From the NCBI GenBank assembly GCA_022508525.1, contig JAFLVA010000001.1, positions 8,084 to 72,083 of the forward strand: 64,000 nucleotides of DNA, in the 5' to 3' direction. Every line of letters starts with the position of its first letter. The stretch's first letter is position 1. The position numbers and the translations under genes were made by a program. This document shows, piece by piece, positions 30,840 to 39,721 of the stretch. Source of the DNA: Erysipelotrichales bacterium (lineage in GTDB: Bacteria > Bacillota_I > Bacilli_A > RFN20 > CAG-826). Under the pieces are notes generated by a model. That model worked only from the letters and a program-made list of their open reading frames with translations, was not told the origin of the DNA and did not search any database.

Positions 30840-30958
30840 GTTTTGCGTAAAACACGCATATAAAGGGCTTTTTATCCTCGCAAACTTAGTATTAATTTAT
30901 GTGCTATAAAAAAAGTAATCTCTGATAGAAATTACTATTTTTATAATTATTTGAAATG

Positions 30959-32023
30959 TTATCTAGATTGTTTTAGACATTTTAATTTTTTTACTTCTTT
31001 AATAAACATAACAATAGTAGTAATTAAAACGCCTAAATTTATAATATGCATTAACAAACGATCAACTGGTAAAGCATCGAAGAAGTGCGAAATACTATCT
31101 AAATCTACAAGCACTAATGTCATTGTAATAATAGAGTAAATAAACAAACCACTTGCTCCAACAAGCATAAGGATTTTGCTCCACAATTTGTCGCTATAAG
31201 ATAATACAAGACCACTTAAGAATATTATATACAAGACAAAACCATAGATAGTGGTGACACAAATTTCCGAAATGAGTACTAGCGTTAAAAATATAACAAA
31301 TCGAATTAATAAAGAAGTTTTTAAAGTATTTTTAACAATTAATGATTTATTCTCTTCATTAGTAGTGTCTTTGCTTTTCTTTATATAAGATAACACTATT
31401 AAAGAAATAAATATTCCCATGTTAATAATCATTAAATAAAATGAAACTGCCAAAGTACTGGAATTTAAATTTGTTAAAAATAGACGCAAAACACCAAAAA
31501 CTGAACCAGTAAAAATTATTGTCAAGGCTCCTAAACAAATATAACCAATCTTTTTAAAAATAGACTTATTTAAGAAAACTAAACTTGATCCACCAAATAA
31601 AATTAAAAGAAGCGGAATAACGAAATAAAGTTGCTTTGTTCCTAATGCAAATGATGATAATATCATATCAAATAAATAAGCATCATTATTGAAATAAGTA
31701 GTTATATATTGATATTGTGGCACCGTTCTCCAAACAGGTACTAAATGGTTATAAGGAACATACCTGCATACATACACGGGCTGATATTGACCTAAAAACC
31801 ATTGATATTGAAATCCACATTCTTGACGATATTCAAATCTCCACTCATAATCAAGTTGTTGTCTATACCAAACATTCATCGAAGTAATACTTTCTTTTAC
31901 AAAAAGCATTGGGAAGATCATCGACACTATTGTAAATAGAAGACCCGCAAGTAATAGTATAAACATGATTTTGCTTAGTTTACTTTTAAATGTGTTTTTA
32001 AAAAATGCTCTCATTTTCATCAC
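30959..32023 (-). CDS. Polytopic membrane protein with a long aromatic/Gln-rich loop
   Basis: About 8-9 hydrophobic helices; residues 43-112 rich in Y/W/Q/V with two Cys. Confidence 0.8.
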   Translation of the reverse strand: MMKMRAFFKNTFKSKLSKIMFILLLAGLLFTIVSMIFPMLFVKESITSMNVWYRQQLDYEWRFEYRQECGFQYQWFLGQYQPVYVCRYVPYNHLVPVWRTVPQYQYITTYFNNDAYLFDMILSSFALGTKQLYFVIPLLLILFGGSSLVFLNKSIFKKIGYICLGALTIIFTGSVFGVLRLFLTNLNSSTLAVSFYLMIINMGIFISLIVLSYIKKSKDTTNEENKSLIVKNTLKTSLLIRFVIFLTLVLISEICVTTIYGFVLYIIFLSGLVLSYSDKLWSKILMLVGASGLFIYSIITMTLVLVDLDSISHFFDALPVDRLLMHIINLGVLITTIVMFIKEVKKLKCLKQSR

Positions 32024-32197
32024 CTTTATATAAATTATAGTAAAATATCATTATAAAATAAAACACAATTATAAAAAGAATAACTATTTCAATTAGAAAG
32101 CCAATAGGATTATCATTTTTTATAAATAAAAAAGTAGAATAGCATTACTTCAGTGATATTCTACTTTGTTTTATTGTATTTAATTAAAGATAATTAA

Positions 32198-33496
32198 TTA
32201 CTCTGCTATTCTTTTTTTTGTAAAATAAGTGTAAGCGATAATGCTAGTTATAATAGATAAACCTAGAATAGAGAAGATAATTATTTCATTTTTATGATTA
32301 GTAAATGGAAGCAATTTTGGACTAGAATTTGTAGATTCTAAGTGTTTGCTATCGTAAATAGTTTTAAGATACATTAGTCGATCATACATTCCACTTGATT
32401 TGAACAATTCTTTTTCGACATCGTTTAAGGATTCATATTCTTCTAATAATTCTGGTACACGTTCAATATCATCACAAATATTGAATGTAGAAGAATAAAA
32501 TTCTGTAACTCTTTCTGCCGCTTCCATTTCTGGAGTGCGATTGAGCGTACCATCTGCATTAAAGACATCACCGCCAAGTGATTCATTCATATCATTGACT
32601 AAATCTTCCATACTGCTTTCTTCTTTATAGTTTGAAGAGTTATTAGTGCCACGTCCTTCAGATACTAAATTAGAATCATATGTATAACAATTTGAAACAG
32701 TACCACCATTTCCAGAGGTGACTAATCCGCCATTTCCAAGAGTGTTAGTAGGGCCATAAAATTTTACTTCAGTTTCTAAGAGAACACAATTTTCAACTGT
32801 GGCATTTTTTGATGATAATGACTTTTGATACCCTGCTATACCACCAACAAATATTGATTGGTTGTTTGTGCCATAGATAGAACTATTCATAACTGTAATA
32901 TTGGAAATTATACCTTCATTAAGTCCGGCAATGGCACCTACATATAAACCCGCATAACCTTTTGTAATAAAACCACTAGTATTATGCAAAACAGTGAATG
33001 AAATATTTGAAACAGCTAAATTGCAAATTGTGCCTTCGTTTGTGCCAACTAGTCCTACATAGTAAGAACCAAGATATGATTTATCTGCCATAAAATAGTG
33101 ATGTACATTAGATATATTGTGACCATTTCCGTTTAAAATTCCTGTAAATGTTTTAGATGTATCACCATATGCGATAAGTGGTGCAACAACACTGCTTGAT
33201 TCAGTAATTGAAAAATCTAAATCTGTCATAAGTATATAATTCTTAGACCATGCGTCACTATTACTTGCAATATAGGCATATTCTGCTGCTGTAGTTATTG
33301 GAATATATTTATTTCCATCACTTAATGTAATTCCTTCTTCATCATAAATAGATGGCTTTGTAACTGTTGAACCATCCCAAATATCAGTTGTATTTTCAGC
33401 CTTGACCATTAATGGTTTAGTATTATTTTCTTGAAAAAGTGGATGTAATAAACATAATGCCAACACTGATAATGTAAATGTTGTTTTTATTTTCAT
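32198..33496 (-). CDS. Surface protein with GLUG-like beta-helix repeats and C-terminal TM anchor (start corrected)
   Basis: Signal peptide MKIKTT...VKA, WDGS motif, FTGILNGNGH.ISN, YVGLVG / VGAIAG / VGGIAG repeats, TM plus KKR tail; AAGGAG RBS. Confidence 0.8.
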   Translation of the reverse strand: MKIKTTFTLSVLALCLLHPLFQENNTKPLMVKAENTTDIWDGSTVTKPSIYDEEGITLSDGNKYIPITTAAEYAYIASNSDAWSKNYILMTDLDFSITESSSVVAPLIAYGDTSKTFTGILNGNGHNISNVHHYFMADKSYLGSYYVGLVGTNEGTICNLAVSNISFTVLHNTSGFITKGYAGLYVGAIAGLNEGIISNITVMNSSIYGTNNQSIFVGGIAGYQKSLSSKNATVENCVLLETEVKFYGPTNTLGNGGLVTSGNGGTVSNCYTYDSNLVSEGRGTNNSSNYKEESSMEDLVNDMNESLGGDVFNADGTLNRTPEMEAAERVTEFYSSTFNICDDIERVPELLEEYESLNDVEKELFKSSGMYDRLMYLKTIYDSKHLESTNSSPKLLPFTNHKNEIIIFSILGLSIITSIIAYTYFTKKRIAE

Positions 33497-33810
33497 TTTG
33501 ATAATACTCCTTTGTCTTTGGTATTCTAGCACACTTAAAATGTTTGTCAATAGAAGTAATATTTCAATCGTATATATTTGAATGATATATTTTTGACTTT
33601 CTTTATAATTTTTATTTGAAATATTCATTTAGAAAATATAGATATAAATAAAGCAAAATTTAATTCAGTTATTATCAAAGGTATCAAGGTTATCAGCCAG
33701 TTGATATTCACGTATCATATATAAACATTATCGGATGATGGATAATATATTAAGAGCAATCTTTATTTGATAGTATTTTTGCGATATAATTATTATCGAA
33801 GGTGAAATAT

Positions 33811-34686
33811 ATGAAAAAAATTAGTAAGATACTTGCTGTAGGACTGTTGACATTCACACTAACTTCATGCGGAAGCTCTGATAAAAAACGTCAAAAAGTA
33901 ATGGATACATTTAATTCCCTTAAATATACAGATGCATATATCATTCAAACAAACGGATTATTATTTGTTGGTGAAAATATTATAAAAACATCAAATATCA
34001 AATACGAAGACCAGAAATGTGAAATAATCACTCTAGAAAAAGATGGATTTTATTCCTATGCCTATAATGCAGAGGAAACTATGATTAACTTAGTTTATAT
34101 GGATTATGACCTAAATAATGTAGAGTTAATTGATAGTATTGAAACTCCATATCGTATTAACCATGCTTTTAGAAATAATGATTGCTTTTACTTTAAAACA
34201 ATACATTATGATTATGGTTATTCAAAGAGGTATTACATAACATATAACGCATCTACAAAAGAAAAAAGTTTTATTTACGACGAAGATTTGGGATTTGATG
34301 AATACGCAATAGATAACAATCGAATAAAAGATTATGAATACGAATTTCATGAAAATAGATCATTTGGAAAGGATAGCATTGACATAACTGATAAGAATAC
34401 AAATATTACAAAAAAAGTGGATATGTCAGTGTTAAGCACATTTGAAGATGGGAAAAAAATCGAAAAGTGCGCCAAAATGAGCATATCTAGTAGATTTGAT
34501 ATAGAAAACATATTCGAAAAAGATGGTGATTTTTACATCTTGAATCGCTATGTGTATGGTGGATTTCAATATACAGTATTTAATTATATATTAAAGTGGA
34601 ATTTTGAAACGGAAAAGACAGAGGTGTATACTGCTATAGCATTCCCTGGATATCAAACTACGGCAAAGGATTTTTATATCTTATAA
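33811..34686 (+). CDS. Hypothetical lipoprotein
   Basis: MKKISK...LTSC lipobox; own terminator at 34717-34746. Confidence 0.8.
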   Translation: MKKISKILAVGLLTFTLTSCGSSDKKRQKVMDTFNSLKYTDAYIIQTNGLLFVGENIIKTSNIKYEDQKCEIITLEKDGFYSYAYNAEETMINLVYMDYDLNNVELIDSIETPYRINHAFRNNDCFYFKTIHYDYGYSKRYYITYNASTKEKSFIYDEDLGFDEYAIDNNRIKDYEYEFHENRSFGKDSIDITDKNTNITKKVDMSVLSTFEDGKKIEKCAKMSISSRFDIENIFEKDGDFYILNRYVYGGFQYTVFNYILKWNFETEKTEVYTAIAFPGYQTTAKDFYIL

Positions 34687-34877
34687 AATATCTATCAACG
34701 AAATTAAAAGTAAAATAGTCGTCGTTTTGAAAAGCGACGGCTTTTTGTTTGTGTTGCATAGTTGCATTTTTAATTCAGTATAGCTTAATTTTTTCATGCA
34801 TGATTAAGTATGTGAAACATTGAAAAAATGCTCGAAATTTGTCATAATATCAAAAAATAAATGTAAAAGGAGTCATT

Positions 34878-35984
34878 ATGGAAGTAATCCGTTTAACAAC
34901 AAAAAAACAGTTAAAACAATTTATAAATATGGCGGATACTTTATACGCTGGTGATTCTTTTTATGTTCCATATATGAAAAATGATCTTTTAAAGACACTA
35001 GAGAAACTTGTCATTAAAGATAAAACATATATTGCACTCTCTGTTGTTAGAGATGGATTATATATTGCACGTGTATTGTTTACAATTAGTTCTTCTAAAC
35101 AACGAAAATTAGATCGTTGTGGTTTCTTTTCACATTTTGAATGCGTGAATGAGCAAGAAGTTGCAGATTTATTACTAAACGAAATGGCGAGAATATTAAA
35201 AGAACAAGGTATCACTTACGTTGAAGGAACATATTTCCCTTTTGATCAAGACAATAGACGTGGTATTCAAGTGGCGGGTTTTGAAGATGAACCAATGATT
35301 TTGACTTCTTATAACAAATCATATTATCAGACGCTTTTAGAAAAAAATGGTTTTCATAAAGACTTTGATACAATTTCATACAAAATGGAATATGATAATT
35401 ACGATTTAAAGAGAATAGAACCAACTGTGAATAAGGTAATGAAACGATTTGATTTATATATATCTTCGGCTGATTTTTCGTATCTTGATCGAGAAATAGA
35501 TGATGTACATACTGTAATTGAAAAAGCAACAAATGACATTATTTTTGATACTGCTCCAACAAGAGAAGATTTAGTAAGAATCGTTGCTGGCTGGAAAAGC
35601 TTCTTATGGCCGGATTTTATTTTTATTTGTCGAAGAAGAAAAGATAATCAACCTATTGGTGTATTGATGAGTGTTCCAAACTTTTATACTGTATTCCGAA
35701 AAATGAAAGGCAAAAGTAACATAATTGCTCTATTAAAGGCTCTATATTGGAAAAAACGTATCCGTTCAATTCGCACAATATTGCAATATGTTGTTCCTGA
35801 ATATCAAAATCACGGTGTAAATTTTGCTTTGTATCATGCGTTTTATCTCGCATGTCAAAAGCGAGGTATTAATTATGTTGAAGCTGGAACGATTATGGAA
35901 AATAATGTTGCGTCATGCTTTAATGTTGAAAAAGCTGGTGGAAAACGCAATAAAATATTCCGTATATATGGGAGGGAATTATGA
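34878..35984 (+). CDS. YghO / bacterial ceramide synthase-like tandem-GNAT N-acyltransferase
   Basis: KKQLKQFI...LY....YVP, GFFSHFEC, G..V.GFEDEP....YN..YY..LLE..GF.K motifs; C-terminal VVPEYQNHG acyl-CoA motif. Confidence 0.7.
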   Translation: MEVIRLTTKKQLKQFINMADTLYAGDSFYVPYMKNDLLKTLEKLVIKDKTYIALSVVRDGLYIARVLFTISSSKQRKLDRCGFFSHFECVNEQEVADLLLNEMARILKEQGITYVEGTYFPFDQDNRRGIQVAGFEDEPMILTSYNKSYYQTLLEKNGFHKDFDTISYKMEYDNYDLKRIEPTVNKVMKRFDLYISSADFSYLDREIDDVHTVIEKATNDIIFDTAPTREDLVRIVAGWKSFLWPDFIFICRRRKDNQPIGVLMSVPNFYTVFRKMKGKSNIIALLKALYWKKRIRSIRTILQYVVPEYQNHGVNFALYHAFYLACQKRGINYVEAGTIMENNVASCFNVEKAGGKRNKIFRIYGREL

Positions 35985-37165
35985 ACATTGTATTAAATAT
36001 CCTTGCAATTCTATGCATTTTTGGTTTGCCATTTCCAATTGTGTATTTAACTAGACGTAATAAAATTATAGGTGCAATTGGTGCGATAGCGTGTTGTTAT
36101 ATTGTTGGTTTTATTTTCTCTACTATAGGTTTAACAGGCAAAACTTATGATAAGGACACCACAACAACTATTGCTTATGTCCTTGTTGCATTGTCAATAC
36201 CTTTAATCTTATTTAGTATTGATCTTCGCTCTGTAAAACGACTTACTAAAGGAACAATTATTGGATACTCTCTTTGTATTGTTTCTGTTATTGCTGTATC
36301 GTGTGCAACATTTTTTATAACTAATAAATTTTTCCCAAATATTCCAGGTGCAAAGTTGTCAGCGATGATTGTTGGTCTTTATACTGGTGGTACACCTAAT
36401 ATGAATGCAATTGGTGCCGCTATGAAAACGGACGGAGATATTCTTAGTGCTGCAAATGTAGCTGATACGGTTATTGGTGGCATTTATTTCTTATTGCTTA
36501 TATCTATTGCACCCAAAGTATATCGCTTTATTTTAAATAGTCGACGTAAGAAACAAAATGTAGAAGTGTCTACTAAAGAAGAAATGTTAACTGAAGAAAA
36601 GAAAGATGATTATACATTTGGCTTTAAAGATAAGAAAAGCATTTTTAGTTTGATTGGATCTTTTGCTTTAGCAGTTGGATGTGTTGGGATTGGGGCATTA
36701 CTTGAATTCATTGTGGAAGGCACTATCGGAAATAATTTATTATTTATCCTTCTTTCGGTATCAATACTCGGTGTGGTGTTTTCATTTATCAAACCAATTC
36801 GTCAAATCAAAGGTCAGTATACACTTGGTATGTATCTTATTTTAATGTTTTCACTGGCATTATCAATGAGTATAGATTGGTCGGTATTTATTTCAGACAT
36901 TTTACCGATTTTTGCTTTCTTTGCTTGTGCTCAAGTTGGTGTTATTCTCTTACATATTCTACTTTGCAAAATATTTAGAGTTGATGGAGATACCGCAATT
37001 ATTACATCTACCGCTGGAGTATATGGTCCACCATTTATTGCTCCTGTAGCTAAAGCTGCTAATCGTCAAGACCTTATCGCGCCAGGCGTTATATGTGGCG
37101 CACTAGGACTAGCTATAGGTACATTACTTGGAATTGGAATGGGACAAATATTTCTATTATTTTAA
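35981..37165 (+). CDS. DUF819 family membrane protein (putative transporter)
   Basis: YTGGTPNM.AI and TSTAGVYGPPF motifs; about 11 TM; ATGA overlap with the upstream gene. Confidence 0.8.
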   Translation: MNIVLNILAILCIFGLPFPIVYLTRRNKIIGAIGAIACCYIVGFIFSTIGLTGKTYDKDTTTTIAYVLVALSIPLILFSIDLRSVKRLTKGTIIGYSLCIVSVIAVSCATFFITNKFFPNIPGAKLSAMIVGLYTGGTPNMNAIGAAMKTDGDILSAANVADTVIGGIYFLLLISIAPKVYRFILNSRRKKQNVEVSTKEEMLTEEKKDDYTFGFKDKKSIFSLIGSFALAVGCVGIGALLEFIVEGTIGNNLLFILLSVSILGVVFSFIKPIRQIKGQYTLGMYLILMFSLALSMSIDWSVFISDILPIFAFFACAQVGVILLHILLCKIFRVDGDTAIITSTAGVYGPPFIAPVAKAANRQDLIAPGVICGALGLAIGTLLGIGMGQIFLLF

Positions 37166-37307
37166 TTGATGATGACTAGTTATTAGTTATTTTTGTGTGA
37201 AATACTCTAAGCAATTAATAATATTTTTATAAACTATACGCGAGTATAGTTTTTTTTATAGTGATTTTTTTAACTTGCTAATGCGCAATAATATAAAGCA
37301 CATAAAA

Positions 37308-37339
37308 TTGTTGACAAATCAACAAAACATATCTATTAT
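37308..37339 (+). promoter_or_regulatory. MarR operator overlapping a sigmaA -35
   Basis: TTGTTGA-CAAA-TCAACAA palindrome; TTGACA-17-TATTAT. Confidence 0.7.
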
Positions 37340-37357
37340 TTTATTGAGGTGTAGACT

Positions 37358-37816
37358 ATGGATACAAGATATGATGTATTTACAACATTAATTAGCAATA
37401 TTGCTAAAAATTTACAAAAAATAAAAAAAATGGAAATGATTGAATTTGGTTTAAAAGGAAATCAAGTTCAGTGCCTATTTTACCTTGCAACTAATATAGA
37501 GGGAGTAAGCTCGACTAAACTTTGTAAATTATGTAATGAAGATAAAGGCGCTATGTCTAGAACGTTAAAAGAACTCGAATCAAAAAAACTAATTTTTATT
37601 GAAGAAAACGATTCAAAAAAGTACCGCAACCCTATTTGCTTGACAGAAGAAGGAAAAATGGTTTCTAGCAAAATTATAAATAAAATTGACACAATGTTTA
37701 ATGAAATTAGCAAAAATATTACTTTAGAACAAAGAGAGATATTTTATGATGTTTTAAATAAAATTGATTTTGAACTGGAGAATATTTGTAATAAATATAG
37801 GAGTGAACATGATTAG
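37358..37816 (+). CDS. MarR family transcriptional regulator
   Basis: DKGAMSRTLKELE...LTEEGK wHTH. Confidence 0.9.
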   Translation: MDTRYDVFTTLISNIAKNLQKIKKMEMIEFGLKGNQVQCLFYLATNIEGVSSTKLCKLCNEDKGAMSRTLKELESKKLIFIEENDSKKYRNPICLTEEGKMVSSKIINKIDTMFNEISKNITLEQREIFYDVLNKIDFELENICNKYRSEHD

Positions 37817-38657
37817 GATATTGATTGATTCTGCCTCCGATTTAGATTTAAAAGAGGCAGAAGATTTAGGTGTTACACTCATTTCGATGGAAATTATGTT
37901 TAATGATGAAATATTTTTAGATGGTGTGAATTTATCAAAAGAACAGTTTTTTACAAAACTTGAAGAAACTAATGTATTGCCTAAAACAAGTCAAATAAAT
38001 GAATATCGATTTACTGAAGCATTTAAGCAACTGACAGCAAATGGTGATGAAGTTATTGCAATAACAATGCCTGCAAAATTATCTGGAACTTATAATAACG
38101 CTGTATCAGCCGCAAAAAAATTTAATGGTAAAGTTCATGTTGTAGATAGTTTAAATGTTACAATTGGCGAGAGGGTTTTACTTTATCGTGCACTTTATTT
38201 GGTTAAAATGGGATTAACAGTTGAGGAAATTGTAGATGATTTAAATAAAAAGAAAAAACAAATAAAACTAATTGCTATTGTTGACACACTTGAATATCTA
38301 AAAAAAGGTGGAAGAGTAACTAGTGTTGCAGCGTTTGTAGGAGAAATGCTTAATATAAAACCTGCCATATTAGTGGAAAATGGAGACGTTCAGGTAATAG
38401 GAAAGGCACTTGGTACTAAAATGTCTTTTCATTTATTGAATAAATTAATAGATAAATATGGGCCAGTTGACTATGATCTCCCATATGCTTTTGCATATTC
38501 TGGTGTTGATAATACTATGATAAAAAAATATTTAAAACTATATGGATTTAATAATAAAAACGACGATGTTGATAATCAGATTTATTTAATAGGAAGTACA
38601 ATTGGAACACATGCTGGTCCGGGTGCTTATGCTATTGCATATTTTAAAAAAGAATAA
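37809..38657 (+). CDS. DegV/FakB fatty-acid-binding protein (start corrected to MIRILIDS)
   Basis: DSASD, PKTSQ, LSGTY, TLEYLKKGGR, IGTHAGPG. Confidence 0.93.
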   Translation: MIRILIDSASDLDLKEAEDLGVTLISMEIMFNDEIFLDGVNLSKEQFFTKLEETNVLPKTSQINEYRFTEAFKQLTANGDEVIAITMPAKLSGTYNNAVSAAKKFNGKVHVVDSLNVTIGERVLLYRALYLVKMGLTVEEIVDDLNKKKKQIKLIAIVDTLEYLKKGGRVTSVAAFVGEMLNIKPAILVENGDVQVIGKALGTKMSFHLLNKLIDKYGPVDYDLPYAFAYSGVDNTMIKKYLKLYGFNNKNDDVDNQIYLIGSTIGTHAGPGAYAIAYFKKE

Positions 38658-38711
38658 ATTGCTATAAAATTAATATATACAATATTTAAGTGGATTATGA
38701 GGTAAAAAAAC

Positions 38712-39473
38712 ATGAATAAATATATAAATATTACTTCAGAGAATATTAAAGATGAACATGTATGTTGTGTTATAAGAACTAGGGTTCTTCATCCTGGAGT
38801 TGAAGCTAAAAAGAAGTGGTTGGCTCAAAGATTAAAAGAAGGACATGTTTTAAGAAAATTAGATGATAAAACAACAGTTTATATTGAATACGCTCCACTT
38901 GAAACTGCTTGGGTTCCAGTAGTAGGTGAAAATTACTATTACATATATTGTTTATGGGTTTTGAATCATAATCGAAGAAAAGGTTATGGAACTGAACTGA
39001 TGAAATATTGCATCGAAGATGCTAAAAGAAATGGAAAATCAGGTATTTGTATGTTAGGAGCTAAAACTCAAAAGTCGTGGTTCTCTGATCAAAATTTTGC
39101 TAAAAAATTTGGATTTGAAGTAGTGGACACAACGAAAAATGACTATCAATTACTTGCTCTTTCGTTTGATGGTACTACTCCAAGATTTTCTGAAACTGCT
39201 AAAAAAGAAGCAATTGACAGTAAAGATTTAACTATTTATTATGACATGCAATGCCCATTTATTTATGAGGCTATAGAAAAAATACGTGAATATTGTAAAG
39301 AAAGTAATGTGCCTGTAAATCTTATTGAAGTTGATACTTTAAATAAGGCAAAAAAATTACCATGTACATTTAATAATTGGGCATTATTTTATAAGGGCGA
39401 ATTTAAAACTGTTAACATTTTAAATGTGTCTAGTGTGAAAAGAATGTTAGATAAAGAAAATTCTACTATTTAG
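38712..39473 (+). CDS. GNAT acetyltransferase with YoaP domain
   Basis: EHVCC, YIYCLWV...KGYG, QCPF, PCTFNNWALFY.G. Confidence 0.85.
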   Translation: MNKYINITSENIKDEHVCCVIRTRVLHPGVEAKKKWLAQRLKEGHVLRKLDDKTTVYIEYAPLETAWVPVVGENYYYIYCLWVLNHNRRKGYGTELMKYCIEDAKRNGKSGICMLGAKTQKSWFSDQNFAKKFGFEVVDTTKNDYQLLALSFDGTTPRFSETAKKEAIDSKDLTIYYDMQCPFIYEAIEKIREYCKESNVPVNLIEVDTLNKAKKLPCTFNNWALFYKGEFKTVNILNVSSVKRMLDKENSTI

Positions 39474-39555
39474 ATGCTAAAAATTGAGTCATTGACATAA
39501 GTGCTTAATTATTGTAAGTTATGTGTAATAAGATATTATTGCACTGCATACCATT

Positions 39556-39671
39556 ACAGTACAAACTGATCAGGCCAAAGCATATGCTTGGAGCCGGGTT
39601 ACCTAGTAACAGTGGATCTATTACCCACGGGACAGTAAGTTACAATTACTGGTTCTGTGGGTATTTTATTT
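39556..39671 (+). ncRNA. NiCo (czcD) riboswitch with overlapping terminator
   Basis: AACTGATCAGGC...AGCCGGG...ACAGTGG...CCACGGGACAGT four-way junction consensus; terminator TACCCACGGGACAGTAA/TTACTGGTTCTGTGGGTA-TTTT; TTGACA-17-TAAGTT promoter; CDF gene downstream. Confidence 0.88.
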
Positions 39672-39721
39672 ATCTTAAATGCGTTAAACGTCATATAAAT
39701 ACTTAAAGGATAGGTGATATT

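Noticed and set aside
39521-39706. 61-aa ORF in the ORF track
   Set aside because: It coincides with the NiCo riboswitch and terminator and has no RBS.
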